Positions 35,988-46,828 of a stretch of DNA of 58,147 nt are shown piece after piece. Every line of letters begins with the position of its first letter. The first letter of the stretch is position 1. Under the pieces are notes generated by a model. That model had not been told where the DNA came from, made no database searches, and saw nothing but the letters and a program-made list of their open reading frames with translations. This DNA comes from Bacteroidales bacterium. GTDB lineage: Bacteria > Bacteroidota > Bacteroidia > Bacteroidales > F082. Position numbers and translations under genes: made by a program. Location: the NCBI GenBank assembly GCA_027022105.1, contig JALVZH010000301.1, positions 1 to 58,147 on the forward strand, in the 5' to 3' direction.

Positions 35988-38231
35988 ATGAAAAAAATAT
36001 CGATTTTCTTGATTGCCACCATGTTGTTTGGCACTTTTCAGCTTCGTGCACACGAAGGCATGTGGCTGCCCCTGCTGCTTGAGCGGCTGAATTATGCCGA
36101 CATGCAAAAAATGGGATTGCAACTTACCCCCGAAGAGTTGTACAGTATTAATCATTCCAGTTTGAAAGATGCCATTGCGGGTCTTTCCAACAGTCCCAAT
36201 CCGCAGGGCTATTTTTGTACTGCGGAGATTGTTTCGGACCAGGGATTGCTTTTTACAAACCATCATTGCGGGTATTCGGCTGTTCAGAAACACAGCAGCG
36301 AGGAACACAACTACCTTAGAGACGGATTTTGGGCCATGTCGAAAGATGAGGAACTCCCCAACGAAGGGCTTACGGCATCCATTTTGGTTTACATGGCCGA
36401 TGTAACCGACAGCATTGTTCCCGCCCTTGACACCTTAAAAGAAGAGCAGCGCAGTGCCACGGCTCAAAAAATAATCGGACGGTTGAGTAAAAACGCCTCG
36501 GAAGAGGGGAAATACAACGTGGTAATTAAACCCTTTTTTAACGGAAACGAATATTATATGTTTGTTTATCAGGTATATCGCGATGTAAGGCTGGTAGGTG
36601 CACCTCCCTCTTCGATAGGAAAATTCGGTGGTGATACCGACAACTGGATGTGGCCCCGCCATACGGGCGATTTTACCATTTTCAGGATTTATACGGCTCC
36701 CGACGGCTCTCCTGCCGAATATTCAAAAGACAATGTGCCGTTGAAACCGAAACACTACCTGCCCATATCGCTCGACGGGGTTAAAAAAGACGATTTTGCC
36801 ATGATTTGGGGTTTTCCGGGAAGTACAAGCCGTTACCTGACTGCCGAAGGTGTAAAATTCAGAACCGAGAAATATTTTCCGCCGCTGATTGATGCTTTCG
36901 GTAAAAAACTGGAAGTGTGGAAAGAACATATGGATGCCGATGAGGTTGTTCAAATAAAATATGCTTCCAATTATGCCGGTATTGCCAACAGTTGGAAATA
37001 TTTCATCGGCCAGCGCCGGGGTGTAAAAAAACTGCATATTTACGAAGAGAAAAAAGCATTTGAAAAACGGCTGATGGAATGGATTAATGCCGACCCCGGC
37101 AGAAAAGAGAAATACGGTAACATTATTAGCGAAATAGAAAACGCATATAAAATTCAGTCGGATATTATCGAGCCTGTTATTTATGCAAGCATTACGGGAA
37201 TAAGCGGAGCCGAGATAGTGGGATTTGCCCAAGAGCTTTCAGGCCTTGAACAGAAAATGGAATCGGCTAAAAAAGAGAAGAAAAAAGAAAAACGGATTAA
37301 AAAAGAGAAGAAAGTTGCTGAAAAAGCGGAGCAGTTGAAAGAGTCGGTTCCCGAAATGTACAAAGATTACGACGAAGCTACCGACAGGGATGTTTTTGCT
37401 GTTATGACCGGAATGTATATGGAAAAAACGCCCGACAGTCTGCAACCGGAATACCTGAAAAAGCTGGTGGATAAGTTCAAAGGCGATTACACCAAAATGG
37501 CGGATTATGTTTTTGATAATTCCGTTTTTTCATCGGCAGACCGGTTGACGGCATTTCTTGACAACCCGAAATTAAAGAAGCTTCAAAAAGATCCGGCATT
37601 TCAACTGATGCAGGGATACATGGCCAAGCTGATGGAGGTTCAAACAGCATTCAGCAGTCACCGCAACGACGCCTCACGTGCCCGCCGTCTTTTCTTACAG
37701 GCCATTCGTGAGTTTCAGCCCGATAAGATATTTTATCCCGATGCCAACTCCACACTGCGGTTTACCTATGGCAAGGTGTTGCCTTACGACCCCCGCGATG
37801 CCGTCCATTACGGTTATCAAACCCACCTGTATGGTGTTATGGAAAAAGAGGATCCGTCCAACAGCGAGTTTATTGTTCCGGCAAAACTGAAAGAGTTGTA
37901 TGAGAAGAAAGATTTCGGTCCCTACGGCGTAAACGGTACGCTGGATGTGAATTTCCTGACTACCAACGATATTACAGGCGGAAACTCGGGTAGTCCGGTA
38001 ATAAACGGAAAGGGCGAACTTATCGGTCTGGCTTTCGACGGTAACTGGGAAGCCATGAGCAGCGATATTGCCTTTAACAAAAAATTGCAGCGCACCATTG
38101 TGGTGGATGTACGGTATGTGCTGTTTGTTATCGATAAATTTGCAGGCGCCACCAATATTGTGGATGAACTGACCATACACAAAGCTGTTCCCGAACCCGA
38201 CAGGGTTGAACCGGTGTTAATGGAGAATTAA
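35988..38231 (+). CDS. S46 family dipeptidyl peptidase (DPP7-like)
   Basis: EGMWLP, TNHHC, FGGDTDNWMWPRHTGDF and TGGNSGSPV motifs. FDGNWE has Gly at the S1 position, as in DPP7 rather than the Arg of DPP11. Confidence 0.95.
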   Translation: MKKISIFLIATMLFGTFQLRAHEGMWLPLLLERLNYADMQKMGLQLTPEELYSINHSSLKDAIAGLSNSPNPQGYFCTAEIVSDQGLLFTNHHCGYSAVQKHSSEEHNYLRDGFWAMSKDEELPNEGLTASILVYMADVTDSIVPALDTLKEEQRSATAQKIIGRLSKNASEEGKYNVVIKPFFNGNEYYMFVYQVYRDVRLVGAPPSSIGKFGGDTDNWMWPRHTGDFTIFRIYTAPDGSPAEYSKDNVPLKPKHYLPISLDGVKKDDFAMIWGFPGSTSRYLTAEGVKFRTEKYFPPLIDAFGKKLEVWKEHMDADEVVQIKYASNYAGIANSWKYFIGQRRGVKKLHIYEEKKAFEKRLMEWINADPGRKEKYGNIISEIENAYKIQSDIIEPVIYASITGISGAEIVGFAQELSGLEQKMESAKKEKKKEKRIKKEKKVAEKAEQLKESVPEMYKDYDEATDRDVFAVMTGMYMEKTPDSLQPEYLKKLVDKFKGDYTKMADYVFDNSVFSSADRLTAFLDNPKLKKLQKDPAFQLMQGYMAKLMEVQTAFSSHRNDASRARRLFLQAIREFQPDKIFYPDANSTLRFTYGKVLPYDPRDAVHYGYQTHLYGVMEKEDPSNSEFIVPAKLKELYEKKDFGPYGVNGTLDVNFLTTNDITGGNSGSPVINGKGELIGLAFDGNWEAMSSDIAFNKKLQRTIVVDVRYVLFVIDKFAGATNIVDELTIHKAVPEPDRVEPVLMEN

Positions 38232-38281
38232 CAAGAAACTTTCAGGTGAATAAAATTTCGTTTTAAACGGGCCGCTTCGAT

Positions 38282-40012
38282 TTACGGAGCGGCCTGTTTT
38301 TTCAGGAATTTTTTACATACCCGGAAATCTTTTGCCGACAACTCGATAAAATAAATTCCCGGATTCAGATTTGAAACGGCAATTTTGTTGTTTTCCGGTT
38401 TTCCCCCTTCGACAAACCGGCCCGTGACATCATAAATATTGTATTCAATAATGTTTTCTTTGAAGTAGGAGCCGGTTGAAATGTGTAAAAATGCACCGGC
38501 GGGATTGGGATAAACCGTTACATCAGCCTCCGTATCACCGGTAATATCAACATTGTCGTAAAGAAGGCAAATGTGATCTTCTTCGGGGTTATTTAAGGCG
38601 GGGGCAAATTCCGAGTAACAGGTATCGGCTCCGTTTTTCCATACGGCATTCACTTTGTAACAGATGTTTTCGGGCACCGGCACCGGAATACCTGAATCTT
38701 CGTATTCGTAATACAAGACTCCATCCTGCTGTTCAACATTATTTAAAAAAGAGTATGCCGTATCTCCTGCAAACGAACGGTAAATATTGTATCCCAGCAA
38801 CGTGTCGAATATACTCGGGTCGTTATTCTGATACGAAGCAAGTTGTATTTCAATGTTCCAGTTGTTGTCGAAACCATATTCCGTCAGGGTATGCCAGCTA
38901 TTGGTGTCTATACGTACCAAATCGCCGTAACCTGTAACTGCCGGGCCCAAACCGTATCCTGCGGGATATTGCCCTTGTGATTGGGAAACAACATCGTATC
39001 CAAACCAATACTCCAAATCGCCGTTTATGTAAATAATGCTGTCAATGGTAATTTCCGTCCATATTCCCGGCTGGATGTTTGTCAGTGTCTTCTGATAAAT
39101 CAAATTGGCTGCACTGTCGCCCGTCCAGATTTTGGCTGTAAAGTAGCCGTTGGGGGAAATATCGTCGATAAAAAAAGCCATTTTACAGACAACACAACTG
39201 TCGTACATGGCAAGTCCGCCGGAATCCCACCGTATGGCAGCCGTAAAATTACCGCCATCCGCAAGCCCGAGGAACGAAACGTTTTCCCAATGATCGTATC
39301 CCATAAAAGGAATAAATCCTATAGGAAGTTCGGGGGATTCCCAACTAATGATACAACTGATGTTCCGGTTGCCCGACCAGTTGAACCGTGCGTTTATTTC
39401 CTGCGGCGTATCGCATTTGGAATAGAGCTCCACATTATCGATAAACCAGCCGGATATGTTACCGGTATTTGCCCCCGAGGCCCTGAACCTGATTTTAAAG
39501 TTATTGTATTTAACCAGCCGGGTTATATTGTAAGTCCTGTTTTTCCAGGAAATATTGCCGTTATTTACCACGGAATCAATTGCTTTCCAGGCGCTATCAC
39601 TCAGTACCTCTACAAATAACCGTTCGGTACCCGTTGCATTAATATCGGAAAGCATCAGGTCGAACGAAAGCCGGATGGTTCCGATATTTACCGAATCTAT
39701 CCAATCGCAGGTAAGTTCCGAATTGTAATTGGTTAGTCCCGCAGACCCGTCAAACATTGCCGAAGCACCGCTGTTTCCTGTTGCGGAGTCAATCCGCCAC
39801 TCGTTTCCCGAAATTTCCCAGTTGTTTGTTGTAAAGCTCAGCGACTCCCAGTCTTCAAAAAAGGGCATGGCCTGATTTAAAGGTGAGTAAAGAGGCTTTT
39901 TTGAAACAATGATGTTTTGTGAATGAAGGAAAAACGGCCATATTAGTGTTATGACGAAAAGTTTTTGTAACAGGTGGAAAAAGTTAAGTTTCATGTCGGA
40001 AAATAATTTCAT
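38282..40012 (-). CDS. T9SS type A sorting-domain protein with adhesin/MAM-like beta domains
   Basis: C-terminal VTVYPNPA...IYDVTGR...LNPGIYFI...KKFLK; FFEDWES, WFIDNV and GYNIYR motifs. Confidence 0.88.
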   Translation of the reverse strand: MKLFSDMKLNFFHLLQKLFVITLIWPFFLHSQNIIVSKKPLYSPLNQAMPFFEDWESLSFTTNNWEISGNEWRIDSATGNSGASAMFDGSAGLTNYNSELTCDWIDSVNIGTIRLSFDLMLSDINATGTERLFVEVLSDSAWKAIDSVVNNGNISWKNRTYNITRLVKYNNFKIRFRASGANTGNISGWFIDNVELYSKCDTPQEINARFNWSGNRNISCIISWESPELPIGFIPFMGYDHWENVSFLGLADGGNFTAAIRWDSGGLAMYDSCVVCKMAFFIDDISPNGYFTAKIWTGDSAANLIYQKTLTNIQPGIWTEITIDSIIYINGDLEYWFGYDVVSQSQGQYPAGYGLGPAVTGYGDLVRIDTNSWHTLTEYGFDNNWNIEIQLASYQNNDPSIFDTLLGYNIYRSFAGDTAYSFLNNVEQQDGVLYYEYEDSGIPVPVPENICYKVNAVWKNGADTCYSEFAPALNNPEEDHICLLYDNVDITGDTEADVTVYPNPAGAFLHISTGSYFKENIIEYNIYDVTGRFVEGGKPENNKIAVSNLNPGIYFIELSAKDFRVCKKFLKKQAAP

Positions 40013-40015
40013 AAT

Positions 40016-40579
40016 TTATTTGTTATTGTATGCATTCATCGTACGGTCGATGCCAATGGCCACGAAGCTTTTAATCATTTCCACCGCTTTTTCCACCCTC
40101 GGGGTTAACAGCTTTACCTCTTCGGGTGTCCATTTCCCCAGAACATAGTCCACCTGGTAACCTCTCGCAAAGTTATTCCCTATTCCGAAACGGAGGCGCG
40201 GAAACTCATTGGTTCCCAGTTTTTCGATAATATCGGTCAGGCCGTTGTGTCCGGCATCGCCCCCTTTTTTCTTCATGCGGAGCACACCCGGGTCGAGGGC
40301 AATGTCGTCCAATACCACCAACAGGTTGGAAAGCGGTATTTTTTCTTTGTCGAGCCAGTATTTAACCGCTTTTCCGCTCAAATTCATGTAAGTTGCGGGT
40401 TTTATTACAATCAGTGTTTTCCCGCGGTACTTTACCCGGGCTACCGAGGCCAGCCTTTCGGTGGTAAAACTTCCCCCGAGCTCTTCAACCAGCGCATTAG
40501 CCACAACAAAACCTATGTTGTGACGTGTGTTGGCATATTCGGCGCCGATGTTTCCCAATCCTGCAATTAAGTATTTCAA
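40016..40579 (-). CDS. pth: Peptidyl-tRNA hydrolase
   Basis: LIAGLGNIGAEYANTRHNIGF, KPATYMNLSG, GHNGL, RLRFGIG; TTG start. Confidence 0.97.
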   Translation of the reverse strand: MKYLIAGLGNIGAEYANTRHNIGFVVANALVEELGGSFTTERLASVARVKYRGKTLIVIKPATYMNLSGKAVKYWLDKEKIPLSNLLVVLDDIALDPGVLRMKKKGGDAGHNGLTDIIEKLGTNEFPRLRFGIGNNFARGYQVDYVLGKWTPEEVKLLTPRVEKAVEMIKSFVAIGIDRTMNAYNNK

Positions 40580-40602
40580 AACGGTTTAATTTATCTGTTG
40601 TT

Positions 40603-40818
40603 TTATAAAATATTGTTGTCCCATTCGTTGCGACTTTTTTTAATATATTTTTGTAAATCTTCAGCAATATCCACGGGTAGTTTTCCGGCATATTTATCGG
40701 ATAGATTAGCATCCTTTGAGACATTTTTCTTTATAATATGAAGAAGATTCAACTCTTCCGGTTCTTGCAATAATTTCATTGTTTTTGGTGAAGTGATTTT
40801 GATTATTACAGTATCCAT
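40603..40818 (-). CDS. Small hypothetical protein, probable orphan antitoxin
   Basis: 71 aa, AT-rich, inserted between rplY and pth; ends LSDKYAGKL...SRNEW. Confidence 0.55.
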   Translation of the reverse strand: MDTVIIKITSPKTMKLLQEPEELNLLHIIKKNVSKDANLSDKYAGKLPVDIAEDLQKYIKKSRNEWDNNIL

Positions 40819-40926
40819 GGCTATAATTATAAATTTACTATTTAGAAAATACCGGATATTTTCATTAATTTCTTTTATACGTTAAACATTTAACCATACA
40901 AAAGTAACAGAATATTTCCTTAAAAC

Positions 40927-40959
40927 AAAAAAAGAGGCAAGCCTATGCCTGCCTCTTTT
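40927..40959 (-). terminator. Intrinsic terminator after rplY
   Basis: AAAAGAGGCA/TGCCTCTTTT stem with a U-tract on the minus strand. Confidence 0.75.
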
Positions 40960-40982
40960 GCTTATGTGGTATGAAAAAAAAG

Positions 40983-41609
40983 TTATTCTGCTGCGGGGGT
41001 TTCTTCTCCTTCGCCTCCTTCTTCTGCTTCGGCGGCTTCGGCCTCTTCGGCTGCCGTAAGTGCGGCACCTCTTGCCATTTTAACGCTAACCACCATAGCA
41101 CTGGGAATGTCGAGCATTTTCAGGTTTTCCAGTTCAATTTCGCGAACCTTAATGCTGTTTCCGATGTCGAGTTTTGAAATGTCGAGGGTAATAACTTCGG
41201 GAATATGCTCCAGCAGTCCTTTTACTCTCAGTTTTCTTAATTTGGTAATCAGTTTGCCACCCTTGATAATGCCGGGTGCGGTTCCCGAATATTTTACCGG
41301 AACAGCCACCGAAACAGGTTTGCCTTCAATTACCTCCATAAAATCGGCGTGCAATACACGGTCGGTTACGGGATGGTATTGCACATCCTGCAAAATGGTG
41401 GAATACTCTTTTCCGTCGATGTTAATTAACACGTTAAATGCTTCGGGGGTAAACAACAGTTTTTTGAAGTCTTTCTCTTCAAGTACAAAGTGTACCTGTT
41501 CTTTACCGCCATACAATACGCAGGGAACTTTTTCTTCCCTCCGCAATTTTTTAGCATCTTTTTTCCCTACGTGCGCCCTGAGCGCACCGCTCAATGATAC
41601 TGTTTTCAT
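40983..41609 (-). CDS. rplY: 50S ribosomal protein L25 / Ctc
   Basis: LRREEKVPCVLYGG, QDVQYHPV...HADF, acidic tail; prs-rplY-pth synteny. Confidence 0.96.
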   Translation of the reverse strand: MKTVSLSGALRAHVGKKDAKKLRREEKVPCVLYGGKEQVHFVLEEKDFKKLLFTPEAFNVLINIDGKEYSTILQDVQYHPVTDRVLHADFMEVIEGKPVSVAVPVKYSGTAPGIIKGGKLITKLRKLRVKGLLEHIPEVITLDISKLDIGNSIKVREIELENLKMLDIPSAMVVSVKMARGAALTAAEEAEAAEAEEGGEGEETPAAE

Positions 41610-41634
41610 AAAAAAATAAATTAAAAATTAATAA

Positions 41635-42597
41635 TTATTGTTTAGTTTTAGAACCCATATTAAACAGGGAACTAATTGATTTATAATTTTCTACACGTTT
41701 AATAACCTCTGCCAGCAACGGAGCCGTACTCAGCACCTTTATCTTATCGCAATATTTTTCGGATCCCAAAGGAACGGTATCGGTAACGATAACCTCCTCG
41801 AATGGCGAATCTTTCAGTTTCTGTATGGCACTGCCCGTAAGCAGCGGGTGTGTGGCCATTGCCCTTACACTGTTGGCTCCTTTTTCCATGAGCAGTTCTC
41901 CGGCTTTTACAATGGTACCTGCGGTATCTATGATGTCATCCACCAAAACCACATCTTTTCCGGTTACATCTCCCACCAGTTGCATCTGTCCTATCTCATT
42001 GGGTTTGGAGCGTTGCTTGTAGCAAATGGCAAAACCGGTTTCAAGGGCTTTGGCATAAGATGCCGCCCTGCGTGTTCCACCCGTGTCGGGCGATGCCATC
42101 ATCAGGTTGGGCAGTTTCAGTTTTTTGAGGTAAGGGTAAAATATTACCGAAGCATACAGATGGTCAACGGGTATATCGAAAAATCCCTGAATCTGGTCGG
42201 CATGAAGGTCGATGGTAATAAGCCTTGTTATTCCCGTGGATATTAAAAGGTTGGCCACCATTTTCGATCCGATGGAAACCCTTGGTTTGTCTTTTCTGTC
42301 CTGACGCGCATAACCGAAATAGGGAATTACGGCTGTTATTTTACGTGCCGAAGCCCTCTTGGCGGCGTCTATCATCATGAGCAATTCCAACAGGTTCTCG
42401 GCCGGCGGCATGGTTGACTGAACTATAAATACATCGCGGCCACGAATATTTTCTTCGTATGAGGTTTGAAATTCGCCGTCGGAAAAAATGATTACATCCG
42501 ATTCTCCCAAAGGAATACCGTAATTTTCGGCAATCTTTTCTGCAAGATAACGGCTTTTTTGCCCCGAAAAAATACTTACCAAATGCTTTTTGGCCAT
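41635..42597 (-). CDS. prs: Ribose-phosphate pyrophosphokinase
   Basis: FSDGE, PYFGYARQDRK, DLHADQIQGFF and VDDIIDTAGT motifs. Start at ATG 42597 after TATTTTTG (42635-42628). Confidence 0.97.
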   Translation of the reverse strand: MAKKHLVSIFSGQKSRYLAEKIAENYGIPLGESDVIIFSDGEFQTSYEENIRGRDVFIVQSTMPPAENLLELLMMIDAAKRASARKITAVIPYFGYARQDRKDKPRVSIGSKMVANLLISTGITRLITIDLHADQIQGFFDIPVDHLYASVIFYPYLKKLKLPNLMMASPDTGGTRRAASYAKALETGFAICYKQRSKPNEIGQMQLVGDVTGKDVVLVDDIIDTAGTIVKAGELLMEKGANSVRAMATHPLLTGSAIQKLKDSPFEEVIVTDTVPLGSEKYCDKIKVLSTAPLLAEVIKRVENYKSISSLFNMGSKTKQ

Positions 42598-42830
42598 GAT
42601 GATAAAATTGCTCTCCTTAAACCGCCGCAAAAATAGTGTTTTATTTAAGTGAAAATGAAATGAACAGAAAGATTTTTTACTTATCCTGAGAACAGAAATT
42701 AACCGTAATAAAAATGGTAAATTCCGTTTAACACTATTTTACTTTTAAAAAGCAATAATTTGAATAATTTTGCATTCTCATATTGAAGTGAGTTGATTAT
42801 AGAAATTTTTTAAAGGTGTGTGATGATAAG

Positions 42831-42934
42831 TAAAATATTGGGAACCAGAAGATGAATTCCATAATTCCCCTCCTTGGAGGGGGAGGGGTGGGTTCATTCT
42901 AAAAGACATTCAGCTTCTGGTTTCCAATATTTTA
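42831..42934 (-). repeat. Repeat family A copy 3 (inverted)
   Basis: 27-bp arms with 2 mismatches; core is the reverse complement of copies 1 and 2. Confidence 0.88.
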
Positions 42935-42988
42935 TATCAAAAAAAAAGGACTTAAAATAAATTTATTAAAAAAACAAATCAAAACCAT

Positions 42989-43651
42989 ATGAAAAAGATG
43001 ATGGAAAAGGGGCCGAAACTGTTGCTGCTCTTTCTGGTGGCAGCAATACTGGCAGGGGGGATGACCTCATGTAAAAGCAAAAAGAAACTTGCACGCGAAA
43101 AAGCCGCCGCCGAATATGCACAAAAGGTGGAACAGGCAAAAAAAGACCTGAATGCGATTATTAACGAAGAAACCCAATGGAGCCTCGACCGCCAGGCACA
43201 ACGTGTAAAAGAGATTAAAGACATGAACATTGATGACCCGGAGGTTATTGATTTAATAAGTAAAGCCGAAGAAAAGATTAATGCTTTAAAGGCCGAACAG
43301 GAACGCAAAGCCGAAGAGGAACGGCTGAGAAGAGAAGAGGAAGCGAAAAAACGGGCACTGCAATCGCAGTATGCCGTTTATAACAATGCCTTTGAATCTA
43401 TTGCCAATGCCGGTTCGGTTTCGAAAGCCAATGCGCTGATTGATGATGCATTGCAGATGTTTGCATCGCCCGATGTTCCCGTATTGATTATTATTAGCAA
43501 AACGGACGGCATAAACGATTACGACAGACCGACCACGGCATCCATGTTCCTGAATTATTTAAAGGACAAACAGGCTTACAAATACCGTGTGGAAAGTCTG
43601 AAAAAAGATTCTTTTGGTAAAATTACAGAACTGGAACTGATAAAAAAGTAA
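42989..43651 (+). CDS. Hypothetical lipoprotein with charged coiled coil
   Basis: Lipobox MTSC, EQERKAEEERLRREEE coil, FASPDVPVLIII...DYDRPTT domain. Confidence 0.8.
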   Translation: MKKMMEKGPKLLLLFLVAAILAGGMTSCKSKKKLAREKAAAEYAQKVEQAKKDLNAIINEETQWSLDRQAQRVKEIKDMNIDDPEVIDLISKAEEKINALKAEQERKAEEERLRREEEAKKRALQSQYAVYNNAFESIANAGSVSKANALIDDALQMFASPDVPVLIIISKTDGINDYDRPTTASMFLNYLKDKQAYKYRVESLKKDSFGKITELELIKK

Positions 43652-43654
43652 AAA

Positions 43655-44233
43655 ATGAAAAAAAGCATATTGATAATTGCCGCCATCGTCGGATTTGTAA
43701 TTAGTAATCCTCTTGCGGCACAGGAAAACCTGAGCCTCCAACGCAAACAGGCTATTGACAGCCTTGCCTTGGAAAAAGTTCGTGATTTAAGTAAGTATAT
43801 TACCATAATCGGAAGCAAAGATACACCCTGGAGTGAGGCCAACCGTGTGATTGACCGTGCGGAAGAATTATTTATGGACGGAAGCGAAATAGGGGTTTCG
43901 TCGTTGTTGCGCCCTGAGATAAACTATTACAGCGTAAGGAAATATTTTGAGCGCTTAATGCGCCTGAATTACAACAGGGTTGAAATAGAATGGTATAATA
44001 TTGAATATGTCAGCGACTTGCAGCGTCAGCCCGACGGAACTTATGTGGGTGTAATTACCATTTTCCAGAAATTCAAAGGTTATGACAAAGAGGGGCGCCT
44101 GGTATATCAGGACACCACTAAAAAAGACATTACCGTATATGTTAAACGGAAAGAAACCCAGATAGGGGGAAGACTTATCGGATTTTGGGATGTGCTTCTC
44201 GGAGATATCCGTGTGAAGGAGACATCGAAGTAA
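43655..44233 (+). CDS. Hypothetical exported protein
   Basis: Signal peptide ending LAA-Q; 3 nt after the upstream stop; ends WDVLLGDIRV. Confidence 0.8.
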   Translation: MKKSILIIAAIVGFVISNPLAAQENLSLQRKQAIDSLALEKVRDLSKYITIIGSKDTPWSEANRVIDRAEELFMDGSEIGVSSLLRPEINYYSVRKYFERLMRLNYNRVEIEWYNIEYVSDLQRQPDGTYVGVITIFQKFKGYDKEGRLVYQDTTKKDITVYVKRKETQIGGRLIGFWDVLLGDIRVKETSK

Positions 44234-44251
44234 TCCGCCATCGTATCAAAC

Positions 44252-44286
44252 AAAAAAACCCGCTTATTCAAAGCGGGTTTTTTTTT
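44252..44286. terminator. Bidirectional intrinsic terminator
   Basis: A7-CCCGCTT-loop-AAGCGGG-T9 between convergent genes. Confidence 0.88.
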
Positions 44287-44304
44287 ATTTGTCCGTTTTG
44301 CTGC

Positions 44305-44544
44305 CTATTCGGCAAGAACCAAAACTTTATTTTCCAACACCTCGATAACTCCTCCGTTAATTTCGTAAAAAGTCTCTTTTTTGTTTTTTCCAACCTTTAT
44401 TTTTCCCTTTTTCAGGGCCGAAATCAAAGGGGCATGGTTGTTCAGAATTTCAAAAGAACCGTCGATACCGGGCAGTTGCACCAGGTCGGCTTCTCCTTTA
44501 AAAATTGTTTTGTCGGGTGTTATGATTTCAACGTTCATAATCAA
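44305..44544 (-). CDS. atpC: F1F0 ATP synthase epsilon subunit (short Bacteroidota form)
   Basis: EIITPD, LPGIDGSFEILNNHAPLISAL, GGVIEV; directly follows atpD. Start may be 44538. Confidence 0.93.
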   Translation of the reverse strand: MIMNVEIITPDKTIFKGEADLVQLPGIDGSFEILNNHAPLISALKKGKIKVGKNKKETFYEINGGVIEVLENKVLVLAE

Positions 44545-44550
44545 TACTTT

Positions 44551-46080
<1,530 letters not shown>

Positions 46081-46191
46081 TTAAATCGCGGCAAATATAA
46101 TAATTCTATTAATTATACACCGTTATTTAGAATAACTTTATTCACCAAAATAGTTATATGTGTTGTTAATTTACATCTTAATGGTTTTCAA

Positions 46192-46591
46192 GGCGGCCGG
46201 GTTTACAGTTGCATGCTATCAGGCATCGCAATCTGCGGGCTTGCTGTTGTATGCCTTTAGGCATCGCAAGCTACCGCTTCCATCCCTGCCGCAACTTCTC
46301 GTTCTGCATTCTTATATCTGACATCTGGTCTCTTACATAAAACATAATACATCCAAATGCGTGTCTGCCGTAGGCTGATCATAAAATATCTTTTAATCAT
46401 ATAATCCAATCGGGAAGCAAGAAAAAAGATAAAAGAAGCAAGAAAAAAGTTTGGAAAAAAACCACTCCGTCAATCCCTCATAATTCAGAGACATCATCAG
46501 GCCGGCCATGTGGGATAGAATGCCGAAGAATCTCCCCTCGTGCTTCTTTTCCAATTTAACATACAGTACGGATAACATTAAGGGATTCATC
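46192..46591 (-). repeat. Repeat family B copy 3 (inverted)
   Basis: Reverse complement aligns with 21690-22108, with one module deleted, one duplicated and a roughly 100-bp extra segment. Confidence 0.85.
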
Positions 46592-46828
46592 GGGCGCGCC
46601 GGCAAACCTGACGGATTGAACGCCGGTTTGCGGGATGGACTCCGTCAGGTTGAGAAAAATACGGTATTAATAATGATAACATGCCTTCACCGGTTTTGTC
46701 ACGTTCCGATCCGCCTCAGGCGGAGTGGGAATCTGTTAATCCGTTAATAATTCCGCCCCCCCGTTCCATATCATTTATTTTAAATCAAAAAGCAGAATAA
46801 ATGAAAAAAAGCTGTAAATTTGCACATT

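Noticed and set aside
46200-46270. 38-nt hairpin units of repeat B as a CRISPR array
   Set aside because: At most two adjacent units, no unique spacers, and no cas genes in the window.
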